NCBI GenBank assembly: GCA_050736455.1
Contig: JBOHWF010000007.1
Coordinates: forward strand, 1-36,081
Length of the DNA: 36,081 bases
Direction: 5' to 3'
Source of the DNA: Candidatus Binataceae bacterium
Lineage (GTDB): Bacteria; Desulfobacterota; Binatia; Binatales; Binataceae
In this document: positions 8,611-16,600 of the stretch, in pieces
Layout: each line of letters starts with the position of its first letter
How positions within the stretch are numbered: the stretch's first letter is position 1
The notes under the pieces: generated by a model
Seen by the model: only the letters and a program-made list of their open reading frames with translations
Told to the model about the DNA's origin: nothing
The model's database searches: none
Made by a program: the position numbers and the translations under genes

Positions 8611-8647
8611 ACGACCGCAGTGAGATAGTTAGCCGCAGGAGGCGACG

Positions 8648-9364
8648 ATGGCGACTTTCGGGCACGGAGACGTATCGCTCTACTATGAGGAATTTGGCCG
8701 CGGGTATCCGATTTTGCTCTTCGCACCGGGCGGGATGCGTTCGGCGATCGAGTTCTGGCATCGCAGCCCCTTCGATCCAACCAAGGAATTTGCGGCCGAC
8801 TTTCGTGTCATCGCGATGGATCAGCGCAACGCCGAGCGCTCACGTGGCCCCGTCAGCGCCGCCGACGGCTGGCACACCTACACCGCGGATCATCTGGCCT
8901 TGCTCGACCATCTCAAAATCGATCGCTGCCACATCATGGGCGGCTGCATCGGGTCGTCCTATTGCTTGAGCTTGATCAAGGCCGCCCCGGGACGTATCAG
9001 AGCTGCAGTGCTGCAGAACCCGATCGGGCTGCACGAGAATCGCGCGGCCTTTCGCGAGATGTTCGACGGCTGGGCCAAGGAACTCCAGACGCAGCGCCGC
9101 ATCAGCGAGGCGGATTCGGCGAAGTTTCGCGAAAACATGTACGGCGGTGATTTCGTATTTTCCGTGTCGCGCGACTTCGTCCGCTCATGCACCACTCCGA
9201 TGATCCTGCTGTGCGGCGACGATCTGTATCATCCCGCGCCGATTTCCGCGGAAATCGCGCGACTTAACCCGAGTATCGAAGTGATTAAGTTGTGGAAGAC
9301 CGCGGAGACCGCGCCCGCCGCAGCTTCGGCGGTTCGCGAGTTCCTCAAGCGCCACTCGAGTTAA
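8648..9364 (+). CDS. Alpha/beta-fold hydrolase (238 aa) with Cys at the nucleophile-elbow position
   Basis: An AGGAGG sequence lies 6 nt upstream of the ATG. The pattern YPILLFAPGG ... FRVIAMDQRN ... CHIMGGCIGSSYCLSLIKAAPGRIRAAVL aligns with the usual vhlvGhSmGG...P.rv..lvl pattern, so the nucleophile elbow reads G-G-C-I-G. Confidence 0.78.
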   Translation: MATFGHGDVSLYYEEFGRGYPILLFAPGGMRSAIEFWHRSPFDPTKEFAADFRVIAMDQRNAERSRGPVSAADGWHTYTADHLALLDHLKIDRCHIMGGCIGSSYCLSLIKAAPGRIRAAVLQNPIGLHENRAAFREMFDGWAKELQTQRRISEADSAKFRENMYGGDFVFSVSRDFVRSCTTPMILLCGDDLYHPAPISAEIARLNPSIEVIKLWKTAETAPAAASAVREFLKRHSS

Positions 9365-9381
9365 AGCGGCCCGCCGTCAAG

Positions 9382-10614
9382 TTAATCGATCGCGAGACTC
9401 GCGAACGAGACCGCCGATTCGGTCTGCGGCTCCATTGCGATGTCGTGCATCAGGAGGCGCGCGCGACGCCCGCGTAGCAGTTCAAGCTGCGTGTACATTG
9501 GCGCGAGGCCGCAAATCTTGCGCGCGTCGCGATCTTTCGCGACGTCGGCAAAGAAGCCGTCGGGATCGCCGCGCTTGATGTTCTCGATGAGCGCGAGGTC
9601 TTCGCTCTTCACCCACTGCGCGACTTTGGCGTCGGCCTTGAACTGGTCGCCGAACTTTCTGCCGACGTGAGCAAAATCCACCCCGGCGATAATCAACACG
9701 CGCCGCGATTCGAGCGCGAGTTCGGCGCGCAGCGCATCGATAAAACCCCGCACGCGCTCGTCGAAACCCGGGGTTTCGCCCGCCCCGACCATCTCGTGAA
9801 ATGAACCCACCAGGATCGGGACGATTTTGTAACCTGCAACGCCGAGCGCCCACGCCAGAAACAGAGCCTGAAATTCGATCGAGTGCTCGTTGCGATGCAG
9901 AATCTCCTGCGCGAACAGGTCGCCCTGCGTGTAGCGCGCGGCGAGGCGCTCGACAAAGTTGCGATCGGTCGCGATCGCGCCGAGCGGCGTCGCATAGTCC
10001 TTACGCGTTGCGGTGAAGAGCTGCGGCCCCACCCCGTAATGCGAGGTGCCGAGGACAACCACCAGTTCGGGCCGCTCGCGAGTCAGCAACTCGCCATAGG
10101 CGTGAGCATAGGCGGCTCCGCCCCGCCGCGGATCGATATGTGGCGCGATCAAGCCGCTCAGCGCGGCGCCGTCGGCGCGCGGTTGTGGAATTTCTCCGGG
10201 CGCGCCCGGCCGTTGAAAATAGCCGGTGATCTCAGCGCGCAGCCGTGTGGGATCATTCTCGTAAGCCAAGCCGGCGAGCGCCGGCGGCCGCTGAGGCGCA
10301 CGGACGAATTCCTCATGAATCTCGCGCACGCGATCGGCATAGCGCGGCGAGTCGAGAAAATAACCCTGGTCCAGCGCGTCGATCAGGCTATGCAGATGCT
10401 CGGACGGCAGAAGGTCGCCGAAGCGCCGCGTGAAGGCCGTCTGCAGGTCGAGCAGGCTGTTCGCGCCGTCGAAGAGCGTAACCAGGAAATAGGCGCCCGT
10501 GCCGATCGCGATCGGGGCCGGCGCAACGCCCGCCGGGTCGCGCAGCATGATATAAGTCTGGCCCTCCTGCTGGATGGGGACCGCCTCGAGCGGCCGAATC
10601 CTGGGTTTATCCAC
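9382..10614 (-). CDS. MEMO1 / AmmeMemoRadiSam system protein B family protein with a ~125-aa N-terminal extension
   Basis: The C-terminal part carries GLIAPHIDPRRGGAAYAHAY, VVVLGTSH, NEHSIEFQALFL, IAGVDFAHVG and CGLAPM, as in the MEMO family. The start is GTG at 10614, taken from the track; there is no clear SD, so the start is uncertain. Confidence 0.8.
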   Translation of the reverse strand: MDKPRIRPLEAVPIQQEGQTYIMLRDPAGVAPAPIAIGTGAYFLVTLFDGANSLLDLQTAFTRRFGDLLPSEHLHSLIDALDQGYFLDSPRYADRVREIHEEFVRAPQRPPALAGLAYENDPTRLRAEITGYFQRPGAPGEIPQPRADGAALSGLIAPHIDPRRGGAAYAHAYGELLTRERPELVVVLGTSHYGVGPQLFTATRKDYATPLGAIATDRNFVERLAARYTQGDLFAQEILHRNEHSIEFQALFLAWALGVAGYKIVPILVGSFHEMVGAGETPGFDERVRGFIDALRAELALESRRVLIIAGVDFAHVGRKFGDQFKADAKVAQWVKSEDLALIENIKRGDPDGFFADVAKDRDARKICGLAPMYTQLELLRGRRARLLMHDIAMEPQTESAVSFASLAID

Positions 10615-10756
10615 GGCAATGTCCCGCCATCGTTTTCCCTCGAAGTCGATCCGACTCTACGGTCCCGTTCCGCGCGGAGCAAATCGTTCACGATCAACCA
10701 GGACCCGCAGGGCTGCGCTGGACACGCGCGCGCCGTGACGGAAATACTGATGCACC

Positions 10757-11200
10757 ATGCCGGATAAATCGCGCCGCCGGAGGTCCCTGGCCCATCCGCA
10801 TGGCGAGCAGATTCGCGCCACGCCGACAGTCCAGGCGATCCGCTATCGCGTGGGAGCCGCCGCCGGCCTGCAGCCCGGTCAATCGATGAAGTTCCTGATG
10901 CCGATTCGCGGTGCCGACGAGGAATGTTTTGTAATCAACTATCACGGCAGCTTCCACGCTTACGTAAATCAATGCCGGCACGTTCCGATGGCGATGGATT
11001 GGGTGGACAATCAGTTCTTCGCCGAGCGCGGCCGCTATCTGATGTGCCAGACCCACAACGCCTATTATCAACCCGACACCGGCGAATGCATCGCCGGGCC
11101 CAGCGGCGCCTGCGGCAAATTTCTTTATCGGATCGAGCTCTGCGTCGAGCGCGGCGTAATCTACGCCAGTCCCGCCGACTACGAATTCGACGACGATTGA
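10757..11200 (+). CDS. Rieske [2Fe-2S] domain protein (stand-alone, 147 aa)
   Basis: CRHVPMAMDW ... CQTHNAYY gives the C-x-H ... C-x2-H Rieske cluster ligands. The length is that of a single Rieske domain with no oxygenase catalytic domain. Confidence 0.8.
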   Translation: MPDKSRRRRSLAHPHGEQIRATPTVQAIRYRVGAAAGLQPGQSMKFLMPIRGADEECFVINYHGSFHAYVNQCRHVPMAMDWVDNQFFAERGRYLMCQTHNAYYQPDTGECIAGPSGACGKFLYRIELCVERGVIYASPADYEFDDD

Positions 11201-11224
11201 GAGAGCGCGCCCGCCGGCGTTCGT

Positions 11225-12004
11225 TCAGTTGCCGCTACTGGCCGCGGCGGTGCGAAAAAAGCGCGTGTGCCACGTGATGTTCACCGAAGGGCGGCCGTTT
11301 TGCTCGACGAAGACCAAGGCCCGCACCTCCATCACCTGCTGATCGGGCATCACATAGCAGTGCAGATGCGAGAGCTCGTCGAGGGTGTTGACGTTGCCGG
11401 TGGGGCCGAACAGGCCCATGGTCGGTGCGCGAAAGTGCAGGTAGGCGGTGATCTCGGCGCGATCGGCGCCGCTCACCGACTTCACTTTGATCGCTTGCCG
11501 TTGGTCGCTCACCTCGCGCCGATTGGCGACCGCGCCCTCGGCGTAGGTCAGCAGCCACTTGCCGTTGAAGCCGGCCTGCTTGTAGCAGAGCGTGTAGGAT
11601 TTGGTGAGCCAGATCGTCCGCCCGGCCCTCGGATCAATTGGAACGATCGAATCAACGCGCGGCACCGACCCCTGCCAGCATCCGCGAAAGACCTCGGGCA
11701 GCGGAATCTCGTGCGTCCCGCCCTGGGTGCCGGGAAAAGTCGGCGGAATCGTGGATTCCTGATCCTGATTCGGATTGACGGCCGGCGGGATCGTGTCTTC
11801 CTGATGCCCGTTCTGATTGGCCATCGCCGGCGGTCGCGAGGACGGAGGCGGCGGTAAGTTTTGCTGCGACGGCAGCGTCTGAATCTGACCAGCTGGCGCG
11901 CTGCCGCGCGCGACGGCTAACGCAAGGGCGATCAGAAGGAAAAGGTGAAACGGCCGCGACGCGGAGCGGGCAACCTGAGACTTATTCGTACTCGTCGCCG
12001 AAAT
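11225..12004 (-). CDS. Secreted hypothetical protein: signal peptide, Pro/Gln-rich linker, and a ~170-aa Cys-containing C-terminal domain. The start codon is unresolved
   Basis: The signal-peptide-like segment SRPFHLFLLIALALAVARGSAPAG is followed by QQNLPPPPSSRPP and the duplicated QEDTIPPAVNP / QESTIPPTFPG. A globular part then follows with Cys in FRGCWQG, YTLCYKQ and HLHCYVM. The upper coordinate 12004 is an in-frame ATT. The canonical alternatives are ATG 12094, which overlaps the upstream gene by about 110 nt, and ATG 11824, which loses the signal peptide. Confidence 0.5.
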   Translation of the reverse strand: MSATSTNKSQVARSASRPFHLFLLIALALAVARGSAPAGQIQTLPSQQNLPPPPSSRPPAMANQNGHQEDTIPPAVNPNQDQESTIPPTFPGTQGGTHEIPLPEVFRGCWQGSVPRVDSIVPIDPRAGRTIWLTKSYTLCYKQAGFNGKWLLTYAEGAVANRREVSDQRQAIKVKSVSGADRAEITAYLHFRAPTMGLFGPTGNVNTLDELSHLHCYVMPDQQVMEVRALVFVEQNGRPSVNITWHTRFFRTAAASSGN

Positions 12005-12275
12005 GCGCGCGCACGATCCGGGCCTTGAGATACTCGAGCGTGCCCAAATCCTCGACGATATCGCCGCCCGTATCGTAGAAAAAAAGCTCGCCATTCTTGG
12101 TGCGTCCAACCGCGATAATCCATTCCAGATCGTCACGATCTTCGAGCAGGTAATTGATGGTCTGGGCCACGCCGCGGCCCGGAATGATCGTGATCTTCGG
12201 ACGGGCCAGCTTTTCCTTTTCCTGCTTGGGCATCGCTCTGGTGCAGACCTCTGGCGGGAAGGCGTTCGCATCCAC
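11982..12275 (-). CDS. Small hypothetical cytoplasmic protein (97 aa; possibly starting at the internal ATG 12233)
   Basis: In this frame the third codon positions are predominantly G/C, as in neighbouring genes. In the overlapping frame of the 348-aa ORF they are A/T-rich. The composition is balanced (ITIIPGRGVAQTINYLLEDRDDLEWIIAVGRTKNGELFFYDTGGDIVEDLGTLEYLKARIV). I recognise no family. Confidence 0.6.
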   Translation of the reverse strand: MDANAFPPEVCTRAMPKQEKEKLARPKITIIPGRGVAQTINYLLEDRDDLEWIIAVGRTKNGELFFYDTGGDIVEDLGTLEYLKARIVRAHFGDEYE

Positions 12276-12304
12276 CCTGAACCAGCTTACGGAGCGCCTC
12301 GAAC

Positions 12305-13570
12305 CTAAGTCAATACCATCTCCGCGACCGCTTCAACGTGATGAGTTTGCGGAAAGAAATCGAAGGCGCGCACGCGGCCGATCCGATAAGTCGCGGCGGC
12401 GAGAAGGCCGAGATCACGCACGAGGGTCGGCGGATCGCAGGAGACATAGAGCACCTGGCGCGCCGCGAGCCGCGCGACGGTTTTCATCAGCTCGGCGGCG
12501 CCAGTGCGCGGGGGATCGAGAATGACCAAATCGGGACGATAGCTGGCGCGCTCGAGAAATCGCGCGGTTTCCCGCGCCGGCATCGCGATGAACTGCGCGC
12601 GAGGCAAATTCATCCGTGCGGCATTGTCGCGGGCCGCGGCGATCGCGTTGGCGTCCGCGTCGACTCCGGTCACCGCGCCGCCGCGCCGCGCTGCGGGCAA
12701 GCTGAGGTTGCCCGCTCCGCAAAAGAGATCCAGCACCGCGGTCGCCTCGCCGATCTGCGCAAGCTCCATGACCGCGGCGACCAGCCGCGCATTCTGCGCC
12801 TGATTGATCTGGCTGAAGCAGTCGGCGGCGGCGCGGATTTCGCACCCCGCTTCCGGCGTCAGTCCGACGCTGACGTCGCCGACCAGATGGCGGCCGCCCG
12901 GGCTGCGAAGAATCACGCCGGCAACCCGCCGGTCCAACTCGAGGATCGCACGGGCCGCAGCGATCGCCGAGCCGGACGCCGGCTGCGACAGATGCGCGAT
13001 CAGAACCTGACCTGCATCACCCGCGACAATCTCGATCTCGGCGCAGCGCGGCCTGAGCGCTCGCGCCAATCCCGCCGCAGCCTCGAGTTCCGCGACAGCG
13101 ACGAGGCAACGCTCGACCGGGACCTGGCGATTGGTCTGCAGCTCCTGAAAGCCCAGCACGCCATCGCGTCCGACTTTCAGTCTGACGCGTGCGCGATAGC
13201 CGAATTCGGCCGGCGCTGGAACGACCAGGCCTAGCGGATCGAGCTCGATCGCGAACGCGCGGCGAAACTCTGCCGCCAGCAATTCTGTTTTGAGCCGGAG
13301 CTGTGCAGCGTATTTGATCTGCTGCCAATCGCAGCCGCCACAACGCGGTAAATAGATGCAGGGCGGCTCACGCCGGTCGGCGCCGGCTTGAACTACACGC
13401 GGAACGCCCCCCAGCGCATAGTCTTGATGCTCGGCGGTGATGGTGGTCTCGATCAGATCGCCCGGCGCGACGTTGGGCGCCATCACGGTTTTGCCGTCGA
13501 CATGACCGAGACCATAAGGCCCGAAGGTCATCGCGCTGATTTCGAATCGCTTCATGCCGCGGGGCGTCAT
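12305..13570 (-). CDS. Class I SAM-dependent RNA (uracil-5-)-methyltransferase, RlmD/RumA/TrmA family, with an N-terminal TRAM-like domain and an Fe-S cysteine cluster
   Basis: The cysteine cluster is CIYLPRCGGCDWQ plus a later VERC (4 Cys). The SAM motif is LDLFCGAGNLSLP, motif IV is LDPPRTG, and the catalytic-Cys block is YVSCDPPTLVRDL. Confidence 0.88.
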   Translation of the reverse strand: MTPRGMKRFEISAMTFGPYGLGHVDGKTVMAPNVAPGDLIETTITAEHQDYALGGVPRVVQAGADRREPPCIYLPRCGGCDWQQIKYAAQLRLKTELLAAEFRRAFAIELDPLGLVVPAPAEFGYRARVRLKVGRDGVLGFQELQTNRQVPVERCLVAVAELEAAAGLARALRPRCAEIEIVAGDAGQVLIAHLSQPASGSAIAAARAILELDRRVAGVILRSPGGRHLVGDVSVGLTPEAGCEIRAAADCFSQINQAQNARLVAAVMELAQIGEATAVLDLFCGAGNLSLPAARRGGAVTGVDADANAIAAARDNAARMNLPRAQFIAMPARETARFLERASYRPDLVILDPPRTGAAELMKTVARLAARQVLYVSCDPPTLVRDLGLLAAATYRIGRVRAFDFFPQTHHVEAVAEMVLT

Positions 13571-13654
13571 TATATACTGACGCGTTGACGGCGCGATTCG
13601 CGCTGGCCGATGCTTGCGTGGTCACGAGCCTAAGCGGTCGCAGGGTAAAGCACA

Positions 13655-16600
13655 GTGACATCTGAACCCAATTCTCCCCTCTCGCTTGCTTCAGTCGAAA
13701 ACCCCGATCAGTTGCGGTACATAAATATTTTTTGTGCGCGGATGTTTGCGCGGCTCGCGTCGGAGCTGGCCGCGGATTTTCCGGCATCGAAGCGCATGGC
13801 GCTCGCTGAGAGCGGCTTCGAGTTTTTCCGCCAGCGTGAGGAACCCGTCAAAGTGCGCGCCTCCGGCGTTACCGACGACGACGCGCTCGTCACGGTGGAA
13901 ACTGTGATGCCGGATTGTCCGTTCATCGTGGACAGCATCCTCGAGTATTTCCGCGCCCGCGGCCTGACGGTGCGGACATTGCTACATCCGCGCTTCCATG
14001 CCGGCCGCGCGGCCGACGGCACACTGGCGTCGTTCGAGCATGGAACCTCGGCCGAGCGCCTCGAGTCTTTCACTCACGCCGAAATCGAGCTCAGTGCAAC
14101 CTCGGAGGCCGGCCGCGCGATCGCGGCCGACCTCACGCGCGTGCTCAATCAGGTGCGCGCCGCGACGGAAGACTTTCGGGCGATGACCGCGCGCGCATTA
14201 CAAATTTGCGAGGAAACCGCCGCGACGCGCGGCCTGGTTGAAGTGCGGGATTTTCTGCGCTGGCTGGTCCAAAGCGGCTTCGTCTTTCTGGGCTATCGAC
14301 GCTATCGGGTCGCGCCGCATGATGGCCGCGCTGCCATCGTGACCGAGAGTGGCACAGGTCTCGGCATCATGCGCGATGAGTCCGGTTCACGCTTTGCCGC
14401 GCCCACGCCGCTCGACGACCTCGACGCGGGCCTGCGCCGGCTGCTCTTCGATCACCCCGCGCTGATCGTCGGCAAAACCCGCGCCGAGTCCGAAGTTCAT
14501 CGGCGCGCCCTGATGGACGACATAACTATCCGGCGCTGCGACGCCGCCGGCCGCGCGCTCGGCTTCGATCGTTTTCTCGGGCTCTTTACCTCCAAGGCGC
14601 TGGCCGAGGAGGCCGAGCATATTCCGGTGCTGCGCGCGAAGCTGCGTGAGTTGATCGAGGCCGAAGGCGTGGCGGCCGAGACGCATGATTACAAGGCGCT
14701 GGTCGCAGCCTTCAACAGCTTCCCCAAGCAGGAGCTGTTTCGCGCCGGGCTTGACGAATTACGCCAGCAACTGCACGCCGTCCTTGACGTCGAAAACGAG
14801 GCCGAGGTCCGGCTCCGGCTCACCAGCGACGCGGTGCGGGGGGTCGTGATCGCGCTCGTGATCCTGCCGCGCGATCGCTTTTCGGCGGAAGTCCGTGAGC
14901 GGATCCAACGAGCGCTGGCGGTCGGCCTTGGCGGGCGGCTGGTTTATTACTATCTTGCGCTCGGCGAGAGCTACACCGCGCGGCTGCATTTCTGTTTTGC
15001 GGCTGGGCCGCCCCTACCCGCGGCCGAGCACGACCTAAGCGAGGAAATCGCACGCCTGGCGCTCAGCTGGGAGGACCTGCTGCATGAACGTCTGCTCGGA
15101 CAGTTCGGGGCGGCGCGAGGGCGCGAGTTATTCACGCGCTGGGGGCCGGCGTTCACCGTGCAGTACCGCGCCAGCACGCCACCGGAGCTGGCCGCGGGCG
15201 ACATCGAGCAGATTGAACGTCTCGGCAGCGAGGGTGGCTTCAGTGTCCTGATCGGTGCGGCGGCCGGCGGCGTCGATCGCGAGACCAGCGAGCTGCGGCT
15301 GTATGAATTTGGTGAAGCGCCGATCCTGTCGGAACTCGTGCCGCTGCTGCAGAACTTCGGCATCTCGGTGATTTCCGAAGAAGCGCACGAATTTCGCCTG
15401 AGCGCCGGCGGTCAGCCGCAGCCGGCTTACGTGCAGGCCTTCCGCGTGCGCACGCTCGGTGGCCAGCCGCTGGAACGCACCCCCGGCGCCGCACTGCTCG
15501 CCGACGCCCTGGTGGCAGTGCGGAGCGGCCGCGCCGAGGACGATCCGCTGAATGCGCTGACGCTCAGCGCCGGCCTCGATTGGCGGGAGACGGCGCTGAT
15601 CCGCGCCTACCTGGCCGCGGCCTTCCAGATGCGGCTCGCACCAGCGCGGCCGGCTACGCGCCGGCCGTTTATCGTCTGTCCGCAGCTCGCGCATACCCTG
15701 GTGAGGCTCTTCCGCGCCCGCTTCGATCCCGACCAGGAAGCCGCCGCCGAGACGCTCGAGGAACTGCGTCAGAAGTACTTCGCCGAGCTCGCCGCGATCG
15801 AGAATATCGCCGACGATCGCTTCGCCCGCGCCGTTCTCGCGATGGTGGAGGCGACCACGCGGACCAACTATTTCTGCGCCGGGCCGGCCCCCTACGTCGC
15901 GCTCAAGCTGGCGAGCGGAAACCTCCCGGGTTTGCCCGATTCGCCGCCGCTCTACGAGATCCACGTGGACTCTCCAACGATGGCCGGATGTCATCTGCGC
16001 GGCGGCCGCATCGCGCGCGGCGGGATCCGCTACAGCGACCGTTTCGACGACTATCGCACCGAAATTCTTGACCTGATGAAGACGCAGACGGTCAAGAACG
16101 CGATCATTGTGCCGACCGGCGCCAAGGGCGGCTTCATCGTCAAGACCCGCCCGGGCCGTATCCCCGATCGCGCCGCAGTGGTCGAGGCCTATTCGACGCT
16201 GATCACCGCGATGCTCGAGCTGACCGACAATGTGGTCGCCGGCCGCACGGTCCATCGGCCCGGGGTGCGGGTGCGCGACGATGACGGCGCTTATTTGGTG
16301 GTCGCCGCCGACAAAGGCACCGCCGCTTTCTCCGATATCGCCAACCGCCTCGCCGAGAGCCGCGGCTTCTGGCTCGGCGACGCCTTCGCCTCGGGCGGCG
16401 AACACGGCTACGACCACAAGCGCATCGGGATCACGGCGCGCGGCGCGTGGGAATCCGCCAAGCGCCATCTGCGCGAGCTCGGACGCGACCTCGCGCGCGG
16501 CGCGCCCGTGACCGTGGTCGGGATCGGCGATATGTCGGGCGACGTCTTTGGCAACGGTCTCCTGCAATCCGACAATCTCAAGCTGATCGCGGCTTTCGAT

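Noticed and set aside
12005-12271. The upstream part of the 348-aa ORF (11225..12271), which overlaps the 97-aa gene.
   Set aside because: In this frame the third codon positions are A/T-rich and the peptide is Arg/Ser-rich. The 97-aa frame has G/C-rich third positions and protein-like composition, so only one frame is likely to be coding here.
13568-13590. TATATAATG at the methyltransferase start, and TTGACG on the opposite strand in the rlmD-like/gdh divergent region.
   Set aside because: The TATAAT overlaps the ATG itself, which is the wrong spacing for a leaderless transcript. The TTGACG has no acceptable -10 at 16-18 nt. I could not support a specific promoter call.
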